Shown: positions 25,596 through 39,683 of the stretch, one piece after another | How positions within the stretch are numbered: the stretch's first letter is position 1 | How the letters are laid out: each line of letters begins with the position of its first letter | From: Octopus sinensis | Taxonomy: Eukaryota | Direction: 5' to 3' | Assembly (NCBI RefSeq): GCF_006345805.1 | Contig: NC_043002.1 | Span: forward strand, 30,008,001-30,072,000 | Length of the DNA: 64,000 nucleotides | Translations under genes and position numbers: made by a program | Notes under the pieces: generated by a model | Seen by the model: only the letters and a program-made list of their open reading frames with translations | Databases searched by the model: none | Told to the model about the DNA's origin: nothing

Positions 25596-26821
25596 AATGA
25601 AAGAGCAACTAAGAATAGAGTATTTGCGCTCAAAATTGAGTTGATGGAATAAAATCCAAGGAGTTGATACATGGGCGATAGCATCACTTCGGTACGGAGC
25701 GGGAATTATAAAATGGCAAAAGAGAGGAGTGAAGAAAATGGATACCAAGACGAGAAAAATGTTGGCAGTACATGGAGCCTTCCACCTTAATAGTGACACC
25801 GATAGGCTGTACTTGTCCAGAAGAAAGGGTGGGAGAGGCTTGATCAATTGTCAGGACTGTATCGAAGCAGAGGAAAACAGCTTCGTGTGGTATATAAAAA
25901 ATGCCGAGGAGCCTCTGTTGGAACAGACGAAGAAGGCCAGCATCATCAATACTGAAAATTGTGTAATTAAACAAAAATTTAAACAAGAAATAAACAAAAG
26001 AAAAAAACAGAAAAAGCAAGGATAAAAAAGAAAATGTACGGTTAGTTTTCAAGAGATGTAAACGCTAAGACAAATACAGAGAGCCGTTTACCTGAAGAGA
26101 GAAACAGAAGCTCTCATATACGCAGCTGAGGAAGAAGCGTTAAGGACCAACTATATGAATTGCAGAATAGACAACACTACCGATAGCGACAAATGCAGAA
26201 TGTGTGATGATAGGGATGAAACAGTATGGCACATCGTTAGCGAATGCTCGAAATTGACACAACGCAAATACAAAAAACATCATGACAATGTGGCAAGAAT
26301 GATCCATTGGAAGCTCTATGGAAATCATAGCCTACAAAGAGAAAAAAAGTGATATGAGAAAATTCCAGAAGGAGTCACCGAGAATGTGAATATCAAAATC
26401 TTTTGGGATGCAATGATCCAGTGCGATCACCTAACTAGACATCGTAAACCGGACATTGTTCTGGTGAATAAAAAATAGCATGCCCCAGTGACAACAGGAT
26501 CAATGTGAAAGAAGTAAAAATAAACAACGATGACGATTTGAATTAGGAAATACAAAGATTGTGATCAAGTAGTTGAGTAGACGTGATACCAGTAGTAATT
26601 GGCGCACTTGGAAGTATCAGCACTCAACTACCAGCATGGCTGAAAAAGATCGGTACAAGTGTGAAGGTAGAACACCTACAAAAATCAGCAATGCTTCGAA
26701 CTGCAAGAATTCTTCACAAGGCTCTTGAAGCATGACCAGTAAACAAGTGTCACCCTTAGTCTACTAGCTGAAGACAGCTGACGCTTTTCATCATACCCAG
26801 CAAAATAAGCTGTGAGTTTTC

Positions 26822-26822
<1 letters not shown>
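25596..26822 (+). mobile_element. 5'-truncated R4/Dong-type element within (AAT)n
   Basis: DRLYLSRRKGGRGL, KCRMCDDRDETVWHIVSEC CCHC knuckle, RHRKPDIVLVN; (AAT)n on both sides. Confidence 0.9.
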
Positions 26823-26884
<62 letters not shown>

Positions 26885-27169
26885 TGATGATGATGATAAT
26901 AATAATAATCAGCTATCCAATGAAATAAACAGCCACCATAACCAAACCGGCATAACCAACGTTTTACACACTCAACACACAATACAAACAGTATTACAAC
27001 AAAAGACTGCACCCCACCCCAGCAACGGTGGTGCAGCAAGTGATGCAGTAGAAATTTGCCTGAAACTACCAAATGCTGAATAATAATTAATAATAATAAT
27101 AATAATAATGATAATAATAATAATAATAAAATAAAATAATAATAATAATAATAATAATAATATAATAAT

Positions 27170-27231
<62 letters not shown>

Positions 27232-27392
27232 AATAATAATAATAATAATATAATAATTAGTAATAATAATAATAATAGTAATAGTAATAATAATAATAAT
27301 AATATAATAGTAATAGTAATAGTAATAGTAATAGTAATAATAATAATATAATAATAATAATAATAATAATAGTAATAGTAATAGTAATAGTA

Positions 27393-27457
<65 letters not shown>

Positions 27458-27586
27458 GTAATAATAATAGTAATAATAATAATAATAGTAATAATAATAA
27501 TAATAGTAATAATAATAATAATAGTAATAATAATAGTAATAATAATAATAATAGAATAATAATAATAATAATAATAATAATATAAT

Positions 27587-27911
27587 CATGGCCATGTGTT
27601 GAGAGGGATTCTTTGGAGTTTGAATGGTTCACCTCTGGAAACATAGGTGTTTCGTTCAACATCCTAAAGCAACCCTTGTTCAGGGACCGTTTGAGCAGGA
27701 TGGGCTACTCAACCTGAAGAAAATTCTAACTGGGCCCCACCTGCAAGGTCATGTGTTGTTTATCTTGATATGAGATCACCATGTCGCGCACATATGGTTG
27801 TGATGCATGTGCCTGGTGTACCTTTATCAGACGGGTAGTCATGATGGGTATATTGGGCTTCATATATTTTACCCCAGTGTCACTTTGATGGCATGAACTG
27901 CTCTCTCACTC
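27587..27911. mobile_element. Non-coding interspersed repeat family H within (AAT)n
   Basis: Reverse-complement homologue at 38926-39440 (GAGAGAGCAGT.CATGCCATCAAA.TGACACTGGG end). Confidence 0.8.
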
Positions 27912-27949
27912 AATAATAATATAATAATAATAATAATAATAATCATATA

Positions 27950-28053
<104 letters not shown>

Positions 28054-28688
28054 TGCCCTGATGCAATACCAGTAGAACCTGAGTGAAAGATAATCTGCAA
28101 TAACGAGGACACAAGATACAAAAGTTTCACAGTCAGTAAACACATCAAACGTACATTGATCCTCAGTTGCCAGGTGGATATCATTATGTTTTCGACACTT
28201 GTACAGAACCATTCGATAAGGCATTGTCAACAGTGTTAAATACCTAAACAAGAAAAGAGTGAAATATAAACGCAGTCATATCGATACCTGCTATTTATAA
28301 CAAATACAGCATCAAATCTGAGACATAAGTGGTTGCGGACATGTTGCTTCGAAGGACAGAAATTAAAAAATGAAATTAAATATAGAAATCATGTTCAAGC
28401 CCATGCACATATCTCTTTTTATTTGAATGTCTAAACACATATGAAATCTTATAACTACTTATATTGAGTGCTTCGGACTGCTGTAACCAGAGGGTATACA
28501 TCATCACATGTTTTTATGAATAAAAAACAAAATATCACACAATTGAGCGACAGTCGTATTAATTTCCAGACAACACCTACTGGAATGAGCTATGGTGTTC
28601 CAAAATACAACTGAAATAACTACTCTGGATTCTACCAGTTCTAACTTAAGACTAGATATGTGTAGGTGAATATACATATGTGCATGCT

Positions 28689-28727
<39 letters not shown>

Positions 28728-28859
28728 TGTGTGTGTGTGTGCGTATGTCTGTGTACGCGTGCGTGTGTGTGCGTATGTGTATGTATGGTTCGTTGAATGA
28801 CCCAAACAGCCCTGAATTTAAACGAGTGAAGTTTTACCAACATCACATGCACATATGCA

Positions 28860-28900
<41 letters not shown>

Positions 28901-29647
28901 TACACACACACACACACGCGCACATAGATAGACGACACGCCTGCACCTAGACATCGTGAGCTCGTACCTCCAGCAGTTTTCTTCTGAACACACACAGAAA
29001 TACGAAAAACAAAGGAAATCATTTTTAAATTGAAATACACTCACTACTGGTGGAATTAAAGGACACGTGGACGAAGAGAAAGGCGACGCTCTGAAAGGGT
29101 TGTTTTTACTTTTACTAATTTTTTTTTTTTTTAGATTTTCTTTCGTGCTATTTGTCTGTCTATAATATTTCATTTCATTCATTTTGTTTTTTTTTTCCAT
29201 ATTTTTGTTTTGGTGTTATTCTATTTATTGTCATTCAGTATTTCCACTTTTCTCTTTAGTTCATTCAGTTTCTATACAATTTTATTTTCCCTACTTTGTG
29301 TAGCAAAAGAAACTGTTTTTATTTTCTTCTTCCTGACGTTACTTTACTTTTATTTTTGCGTCGCGCTCATTTCGCATTCTTTTCTTCTAATCCTTTACAT
29401 ACATACATAAATACATACATACATAGATACATGCATACATGCATAATACATACATACATAATACATACATACATGCATACATACATAATACATACATGCA
29501 TACATACATAATACGTACATACATATATACATGCATACATACATAATGCATACATGCATACATACATAATACATACATACATACATACATACATACATAC
29601 GTGTACGCACACACAGGCACATTTATATATGTGTGTATTACAAGTGC

Positions 29648-29687
<40 letters not shown>

Positions 29688-29995
29688 GAAAAGGTTTCGA
29701 GTCAAGAAGGAGTACGGTTGAACATTCATTTTCAACCACTACAATTGCTTGTACAATTGTAGCAATTCAAAATAAAACGTCCAACTGTACTCCTTCCTGT
29801 TGACTCCAAACTTTTTCAATTATCTATTCACTCACGAAAGATGCCTAAACGCAAATCTGGAAGTATGTATAATACTACTATGCTACAACTGGATAGCACA
29901 AGGTGAAAATCTGAAGGTGAACGAACTTTATATTGTACTCTACTACATTATTAACAGAATATGCCATAACCATACACGCACACACACACACACAC

Positions 29996-30052
<57 letters not shown>

Positions 30053-30473
30053 GTATATATATATAAATATAGATATGTGTGTGTAGAAGGTTGAAACGGA
30101 ACACACGAGTTGATATGTATAAAGAAAATAGGACAAGGTAGAAAATGCCAAAATAATTTTATCATGGAGAACATTTTAGTACCGGGTTTTGCGACTTTTT
30201 CAAATTTGAGTAAAGCGTGAAAAAACAATTGTGGAAAAATTAAATGAAATGTTTTAAAAAAAAAAATTTCAATAGTTTTCAAACGTAAGGGACATTTTCC
30301 TTTTTCTGTCTCTCTGTCTCTGTCTCTTCCTTTTTACTCATGTGAGTTTCAGGTAGTGGGCAGCAGGTAGTAGTAGTCCTATTTGGTATCAATTCTTGTT
30401 TTTGATTGTTTATTTAGCAGTAGTAGTTGAGAAAGGAGGCGGCGGCAAAGAAGACGAAGAAGAAGAAGAAAAA

Positions 30474-30611
30474 GAAGAAGAAGAAGAAGAAGAAGAAGAA
30501 GAAGAAGAAGAAGAAGAAGAAGAAGAAGAAGAAGAAGAAGAAGAAGAAGAAGAAGAAGAAGAAGAAGAAGAAGAAGAAGAAGAAGAAGAAGAAGAAGAAG
30601 AAGAAGAAGAA
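30474..30611. repeat. Uninterrupted (GAA)46
   Basis: Direct count. Confidence 0.95.
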
Positions 30612-30913
30612 GACTGCATGAGAAGTAGGATGCTGGTGGAAACCTCTTAAATGGTCAAGTGACATAAAAGTGACCAGTTGTGGTTGTAGTAGTGGTGATT
30701 GGAATTGTTCTGAATAAACTCGTAGCTAGTGACTGTTCCGAATATATCTTTTTTAATATATCGTTTTTAATAACTCCTTTTAGTATTATTCTAAGGCTCT
30801 TATAATAGTGTCATTTGTGGTGGACGCATTCAAAGGGGGTTTATATTTTGTGATAAAGTATGACTCTTTACATATATCGGAGAACCTGATTTATGTATTA
30901 ACTTCTCAGTCAA

Positions 30914-32178
30914 CACATACCTGTGCCTGACCCTCCGAAACAACTGACACTTAGTGACGACGAGTCAAGTGATGAAGATATGTAGAAAGAAACAGAAGAC
31001 ATGGACTTTGAGCCTAGCTGTTATTCAAGTAAACCACATTTGTTGAGTCAGATAGATCTGAATGATCGAGATTGAAACTTGTCGAAAAAGCAAGCTAAAC
31101 TTCTTGGTTCCAAGTTAAAAGGGTGGAATCTTCTCCAGAAAAAGATCAAAGTTAGGTTTTATCGTGCTCGACATGGTGATTTTGCAATTTTTCTCACTTA
31201 AGGATGGTGTCGTGTTTTGTAGGGGTGGAGGTACTTAACCATAAATATAGCACGAATGAATATTGTTTGGTCATTGACTCTTGAAAAGTAAGCTTGAAAA
31301 CAGTTTCACTCCACAATGGAAATAGGTTTCCTTCTTTTCCTCTGACCCATGCAGCAAACATGAAGGAAACATATAAGAGTATGAACCTTTTGTTACCAAA
31401 AAAAAAATTAAGTATGACGAACGTCAGTGGAATATTTGTGATGACCTAAAGGTTGTGGCTCTTTTACTTGGAATGCAGCTGGGTTACACTGAATTTTTTT
31501 GCTTTCTCTGTGAGTGGAGCAGTCGGGATAAGAAAAGTCTTTCTGAAAAGAATATCTGGCCGAAACGATCTCTGACTGCTGGACAGAAAAATATCATCAA
31601 TCCCTCTCTTGTTCATTCTCAGAAGATTTATCTGCCTCCTTTACATATTAAGCTAGGACTGATGAAGAATTTCGTCAAAGGTGTGGATAGAACTGACAGG
31701 GGTTCACCTATTTGAAAATTAAATTTCCAAGAGTAAGTGACGCAAAAATCAAGGTATTTTTCTTGGGCAACAAATTAGGGAGATTATAAGACAAAACGTT
31801 TGATGAAGAGCTCAACTATGTTGAAAAGGCTGTGTGGCAGTAATTTAAGAAAGTTTTCAGAGAGTCTTGGGCGAATCACAGAGCAAAGAACTATTCTAAC
31901 ATTGTGAAATAGCTATTGGCATCATACAAGGCCTTGGGATTCAATATGAGCTTAAAAATCCACTTCTTGAACTCTCACTTGGACTTTTCCGTGCAAATAT
32001 TGGGACTGTCAGTGACGAGCACGGCGAGATATTTCAACAGGACATTCTAAACATGGAAATCCGGTACCAAGGAAAGTGGAGCTCTTCTATGCTGGCTGAT
32101 TATCGTTGGTCACTAAAATTGGACGTTCCAGAAGCTAGATACAGTCGGAAATCATACGCCTCTATGTTTCAAAGGTAA
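30914..32178 (+). pseudogene. Decayed Chapaev3-like (CMC group) DDE transposase, N-terminal zinc finger missing
   Basis: PHLLSQ.DLND, LLGSKLKGWNLL, IDS*KVSLK..LHNG, DDLKVVALLLGMQLGYTEFFCFLCEW, YLPPLHIKLGLMKNFVK, SDEHGEIFQQDI..ME.RYQGKWSSSMLADY across several frames; family name assigned from recognition. Confidence 0.8.
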
Positions 32179-32479
32179 GTTTCCTTGTAATATCAGCCTG
32201 ATTTCTGAATTCATGAAATACAATAGTTTAACAATTTACATATACTATCACAGGAAAATTATGACGTATAGAGAAAGTCTGAAAACACCTTTGAATTCTG
32301 CCGATAAATTGCTCTCAAGTTCACCTACTTTTGTTGGTGGGACATAATTTTCTATTAATTCTGTTGACCAATTATAATTGTCAGCCTTATTTCTACATTA
32401 ATATAGTACATTTATTGAACAATTTGATTATTTTGTCACAAAATTCTAAAACCAGATTCAAAATCTACGTTAAAAGTAC

Positions 32480-33150
32480 TATAAAATTCACTTCCTTGAG
32501 TTGACGGGATAGCAAACAGTTTGAATTTTGTTGACCAGTGTTATCAACCTTTTCTACTTTGTGGTAACATACCCATCCACAACCTTTATTGTGGCCTGTT
32601 AAGTACTTCTCTTGAGGATTTGCTGAGATATCAAAATCATATGCTTCTGCGTTCGCATGGGAGGTCATCAAGAAGTGCTTTTTTCTAGTAGTCCTTGACA
32701 ACCAAATCCGGTCGATTTTCCACTGCTTTTTCTATCAGTTTTGGATTAGCATATCCCTAAATTCGGGCGCTTTACCATTCTTTGAAATTATTCTTATTGT
32801 ATATTATACCACCCTGTTTCTGTTGGTATTTCATAATGCAGGCATAAATTCCACAGCATGAAAGACCCAAATATGTTACGACCGTATATTTACTCTCAAT
32901 TATCTAAGAATGGATCATCACATACAATATATCTTCCCACAACAGCAATCGCTTCATGAACAACGCTTAATAATTTCTGTAGTGCTGTTCTTAATCTTGC
33001 GATTTTTCTCCAGTATAACTCCATCTTTTCTTAGATCTTTAACGTACTTGACATGTAAGGATTTTCTTCACATCGTTTTATCATGACATTCTGTAGCACA
33101 TTGCTAGCTAAGCTTCTGGCGTTTGTTTTTAATTCATAAAATTTCTGTTA
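32480..33150 (-). mobile_element. Highly decayed R4/Dong-type RLE fragment
   Basis: Minus strand LCLHYEIPTETGWY and NRPDLVVKD. Confidence 0.65.
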
Positions 33151-33693
33151 CTTCAGTTTCTATGTATTTGCTAGTTTTCTTGAAGAGATAAAGCAATTTT
33201 CATTTTTTATTTGAATTCGTAGTTATTTGTATTAGTTCCACAATGTTCTTTACTGTTTATTTGTGTGGTGATATATCATATTATATCCATTATAGATTTC
33301 TACTTGAATAACTTCCTTATATAGGAGCAGGCATGGCTCTGCGGTTAAGAAGCTCGCTGTAAAACAACGTGGTTTCGGTTTCAGTCTCAGTGCGCGGCAC
33401 ACTGGGTAAGTGTCTTGTACTATATTCTGGGCTAACCGATGTTTTGCGAGTGAATTTAGTAGAAAAAAACTGTGGAAACCAATAGTGCGCGCACGAACAC
33501 AAACACACACACACATACAAGTATATATAATATATAGTGTATAGTGTATATATATATATCACTATTATTATTATTATTATTATTACTATTATTATTATTA
33601 TTATTATTATTATTTCGACGATTTCTAGTTGTGTAATTTTGATTGTCATGTCTTTATATAGGATGTAAATAGTAAATTAGTTTTATATAATCC

Positions 33694-33789
33694 AGACCTG
33701 AAGATTGGCAGTATAGTCGGATTGATATGGTATTGAATTTCTATTTCAGCAATACCGATACATATATTGTCATGAAACGCGCGTTGTCT
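33694..33789 (+). ncRNA. Type I hammerhead-ribozyme-like motif within an about 300-bp element (33613-33916)
   Basis: AGAC-CTGAAGA-[hairpin]-GAAAC-GCGC-GTT-GTCT: stem I AGAC/GTCT, 10-bp stem II base TGGCAGTATA/TATATTGTCA, palindromic stem III ACGCGCGT. Confidence 0.55.
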
Positions 33790-33916
33790 ATATAATTTAA
33801 TATATGACTCAGAATAGTAATTGTAGATATTAATTTGATAAAATTTAATCTTATAAATCTCTCATAGATGTCGTTCAATGTTGTTTGAGTTGCTTGAAGG
33901 TGGTTCTATCTCTTAA

Positions 33917-33970
<54 letters not shown>

Positions 33971-34015
33971 TATATATATATAAATACATGCATACATATA
34001 TACATACATACATAC

Positions 34016-34069
<54 letters not shown>

Positions 34070-35199
34070 GTATTAGGGTGAGTGCTTATGTGTTTGCGTA
34101 TATGTATGCATATGAATATAAGTGTGTGATCGTGTGTATGTGTGTGCGCGCGCACAGGTCGACTGCTGGTCTTGGTTTGCTTAAGATCCTTGCAACATAA
34201 TTGTTCGGCAAAAGTGAGCTACATACTAAATACAATACTTAAAAAGATGTACTGGTGTGATTTATTCGACTAAACACTTCAGATGGTACCCATCACGACC
34301 GCTGTCCAAAGTTCGAAACAAAATATAAAATCGGACTGAATCTGGACTTATTATTTCTGCATCAGACTTGGGGTGATGTACACAAAAGGCAGTGATGTTT
34401 TTCTAGTTCATTTTCTACTTATGCTTGTTTATTTACGGTCCAACTGAGAATATTATAAATATAACTTATTACTAAAACAAATAGAGGCCTACTATGTTAT
34501 TTATATTGTAGTATTTTTTATTTTAAGTACTAATCCAAAAGCGACTATGACTTTATATATCATCTGTATTTCTGTATTATACTATGACTGGTTCATTATC
34601 TCCTAGCTATTTGTAATTGATAGTCTGGTTTTTATTTCTAGGTTTCTTTACCTGGTATAATATTGATATTAATAAATTTCTTTGCCTTCAAGATTACACT
34701 GATTTGTTTTTCTAATCCGTCACCCATATAAACCACACTAGTAGATCTCTGTACTATCTTCAGCAATGTTTTTTTGTTGTTTATAACATGAAGTTTAAAA
34801 CTTCAGATTGTTCATATACATAAGAGGTTTATTGTGTTTTCATCGTATTTTCGTCCAAGACCAAATTGGTTTAACATTCATTTTAATGGTGTTAACGACA
34901 GACATGAAAAAGAGAAAAATAACGAGTGAGAATCGTGGCTGCTACTCGTTTTTTATTAATTCGGGAGGAATAAAAGATAAAATTAAACTTTAGAATGTAA
35001 AGATATGGAATATATGTCGCAAGGAAGTTTTTCCAGCATTTTAATGATTTTCAGAATCCAACGCCCTAACACAATCAATAACAACAACGATGATGATGAT
35101 GATGATTATGTTTATGATGATGATGATGATGATGATGAGGAGGAGGAGGAGGAGGAGGAGGAGGGGAAGGAGGATTACAACAATAATCCTTTTCTACTA

Positions 35200-35345
35200 T
35201 AGGCACAAGTCCTGAAAATTGGTCGGCCGTGGGCTAGTCAATTTCATCGATCCAAGTAATTCACTGGTACTTATTTTATCGACCCTGAAAGGATGGAAGA
35301 CAAAGTTGATATCACTCGGATTTCAACTGAGAATGTAAAGATCCG
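35200..35345 (-). mobile_element. Decayed family A SINE (tail ii)
   Basis: TAGGCACAAG..GGTACTTATTTTATCGACCCTGAAAGGATGGAAGACAAAG. Confidence 0.7.
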
Positions 35346-37149
35346 AAAAAAATAAAGAAAAAAGAAAAATTGCTTCTAACATTCATAGTATCTCATATTA
35401 AACATTCGCTGTTTATATCCTTAAAAGGCCAAGTAGATTTTAATTGTCACGTCTTTTCTCCTATCTTACATAGTTTTAAGCATGGCCATAATGGTTTATA
35501 AACGTGCCTAATGCATATTTCTCATCGCCCTTTACAAAGGAGTATTAAATTTGATTGTAAGACAAAGTGGTGGCCACCATTCTAGTTTAGTCTTTAACGG
35601 AATTTAACTATATAATTATTAACTGTTTTTATCGTTTTGTCCCCACTGAAAGAAAAGAGTGCGTAGCTCGCGGCTACTATCTTAGTAAGGAAGGGTTTGA
35701 CGGATAGGTTCACTCAGTGCATTGCAGATGGAGGTCTTCAATGCACAAATCTGCATACTTATACATTTGTATATGTGGTTATATGCGTGTATATATATAT
35801 ATACATATATATGTATGAGTGTATACTTATATCTATATATATGTGTGCGTGTGTGTGTTTGTGTGTACGATTATGTGGGTATATATATATGCCTGTAAGT
35901 GTATTCATATCTATCTCCCACTGTGTCTGTGTGTCTTTGTGCTTATATATATATATGCATATATACATTCATACATATACATTTATACATACATAAACGT
36001 ACATATATATATATATACATATATGTATATTTACATGGATATATATATGGACACACATACACACACTCACACATATATATGTATACATAAATTCAGACAG
36101 ACATAATTATGTACACGTCAATCAAACGTTAATCAGATTTGTCACGCAGCACAAACTGCAACCTAGCTACGTATATGTAAACAATGTTTGTTATATCCAT
36201 ACAACTTTGAAACAGCTATCTAATTGTTGATGAACTTATGTCGTGCTCTAATATGGTTGGGTCATTTGGGACAGATGTTACACTTCACCGTTGTTATATA
36301 TACTGAAATATATGTATCTAAAAATATTACTTCATTGATGCAAACAAAGGCGTACTCACATTTTACACTCAGACATTCGCAAATGGAAGTTTTCAAATTG
36401 GTTTGATAATCAAAATATGAGGGAAAATGAATGTTTAATACAAAATAAAATTTAATATAGGGATGATATAATAATGCGCCTATTGCATTCAGCGTTATTT
36501 CTTTAAGAATAGAAAAGAAAATAAGATCAGGTCTACAAAAGGCATAAAAACTAAATGTGGGTTTATCAGCTTTGTAAACGAAAAGACTTTAAAAGATTTC
36601 GAAACCGTGTTGCGAGTTTAAAGGAGTAGTTCATTTTCTGAAAATATTCAAATAAGTGTAAATAAATTCAGGAATTCAGCAGTGTTTTCTCTGGATCCCT
36701 GAACATGCCGCGCTTCATATACAAATACATAAGCTCGATAAATTATTGAGCTCTATAATTCAATCCAGAGAGATTATCTATTTCACTTTCACCATAGCAA
36801 AAGAAAATCTAACACCAACCTTAATAAAATGTGCCTGTATTCTCCAGCAAACAAAGACGAATGGTTTCTCGACAAATTTATAGACCAATTTAGGAAAAAA
36901 ACACAACTTGACAACTCATTTCAAGTACTCTCTAAAACACAATGGTGCATCGTAAGCTTTACAAAACATAAAGAAGAGTACATATCAATAAAGTAGGAGT
37001 TTAAGTTGATGCTAAACTCGAAGACCCATCTCTCTTACTTCACATATCGGCGAATGTATAGAAGGAATTATCTCATGTGAAATGATTACATTCCACTAGT
37101 CCCATCCCGCCAAATTTCAGGCCTGCTGTCTAAAAAAAAGGTATTTTTA

Positions 37150-37360
<211 letters not shown>

Positions 37361-38168
37361 TCATCAGCATTTCTGCTGCATTAAGAAGCTTTCTTCGCAA
37401 CCATATGTTTCAGGTTCAATCATTGCACATGGCATCTTGAGCAAGTGGTAGCCCGAGCAGACTACAGTTTTGTGAGTGAAATAGGTAGACGGAAACTGAG
37501 TGGAAACCCATCGTGTGCGTATGAGTTGCGCTCTGCCAGTACATGTGTGTACCTGTCATTGTTTTGCTTGGGTATGTGCTGTGGTTTGTTGTAGTATTAT
37601 TTTCACTGTATTGAAAGTGTTTTATGTAGGATGTGTGCAGTGCCTAGTAGTGCAATTTTTCTGTATGCTATATATACGTATAAGTCCTGATGTTTTTGTT
37701 ATTTATTTGTCTGGATATTTTTTTATCATACAAAATGCGCCTACTATATTAGGAATTGGTTTTGCTTTTAGGCTCCACATTCGAGTTGCCTCTATTTCTA
37801 GATCTTTGTATTTTGAAACGTTGTCATCTCTTGGTATTGACATCTCGATTAGAAAGGATTCTTTACTTAGCGATCTCTGACAATTCTATCCGACCTATTC
37901 GCCTTAATTTCTATATCCGTGACCGTTTCTGGGGTGTGTTTCTACCATCTTTTTTCTGTTGTTATTTCATAGTATTGACATAGCTTTCAGTGTATATATA
38001 TCCCAACTCTGTCGTGTCCGTGAATATATTCCATCTTAGCCAAGACTGGGCATCAAGAGACAATATGATTTATTGTTTCTTTTCCATCATCACATATTCT
38101 GCAGTTAGTTGTCACATTTCATTTTTATTTAGTAATTCTGCAGTTATTTGTTTTATTTCTTTTCATTT

Positions 38169-38274
<106 letters not shown>

Positions 38275-38455
38275 CAAGAGAACGAAATCTTTAGCAGTAT
38301 TTCGCCCATCGCTAATTTCCCACTTCAAATTGCGCTGCAGTCGACTATACCTTTCATCCTTTCGGGGTTGATAAATCAAGTACCAGCGCAAAAATGCGCT
38401 CGATGTAATTGACTAGTTCCCTCCCTCAAATTTCAGGCCATGTGTACCTAGAAAA

Positions 38456-38487
<32 letters not shown>

Positions 38488-38504
38488 TATTATTATTATT
38501 ATTA

Positions 38505-38550
<46 letters not shown>

Positions 38551-38558
38551 TATTATTA

Positions 38559-38594
<36 letters not shown>

Positions 38595-38774
38595 CAAGAG
38601 AACGAATCTTTAGCAGTATTTCGCCCATCGCTAATTTCCCACTTCAAATTGCGCTGCAGTCGACTATACCTTTCATCCTTTCGGGGTTGATAAATCAAGT
38701 ACCAGCGCAAAAATGCGCTCGATGTAATTGACTAGTTCCCTCCCTCAAATTTCAGGCCATGTGTACCTAGAAAA
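38275..38774 (+). repeat. Tandem duplication of a family A SINE with (ATT)n spacer
   Basis: 38275-38455 and 38595-38774 identical except for a 1-nt indel. Confidence 0.9.
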
Positions 38775-38925
38775 TATTATTATTATTATTATATTATTAT
38801 TATTATTATTATTATTATATTATTATTATTATTATTATTATTATTATCATTATTTTTATTTTTATTTTTATCATTACAATTAATATTATTATCATTGTTG
38901 TTGTTGTTGTTGCTGTTATTATTAA

Positions 38926-39440
38926 GTGAGAGAGCAGTGCATGCCATCAAACTGACACTGGGATGAAATATACGAAGCCCAGTATACCCATCCTGGCTAC
39001 CCGTCTGGGCACATACATCACAACCATATGTGCTTGAGGTAGTGATTTCATATCACAATAAAGAGCGCATGACCTTGCAGGCGGGGCCCAGTTAGAATTT
39101 TCTTCAAGTCGAGTAGCACATCCCGGTAAAAAGGTCCCTGAGTAAGGGTTGTTTAAGGATGTTGAACGAAACACCCATGTTTCCGGGGTGAATTATCTAA
39201 TCCCCAAAGAATTCCTCTCAACACATGGCTATGATACCCACCATTACTTATGTTCGTGATCAGAGATGCACGTATTGTCAGCCACTAAGGGACATGCTCA
39301 ACTGGTTATGGTTAAACAACTGACAAGCAAATCTGTGGTATTGAGCAGAATATTTGCTGTAGCCCATCTTTTATACGAAGACAAAACAATGTACATGATT
39401 ACAACTCCAATCAGTTAAGATGGGAAGCCAGGAAAGCCAC
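38926..39440. mobile_element. Family H repeat, longer copy, opposite orientation to 27587-27911
   Basis: Homology as above; flanked by (ATT/GTT)n and (TTC)n(TTA)n. Confidence 0.8.
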
Positions 39441-39449
39441 ATTCTTCTT

Positions 39450-39533
<84 letters not shown>

Positions 39534-39629
39534 GATATTATTTAAATGAGAAAGACAGCGAGGATGCAGATAGTGATTATGATGATACTGATAATGAGAA
39601 ATCTGAAGAAACTGAAGAAACAGATGAGG

Positions 39630-39683
<54 letters not shown>

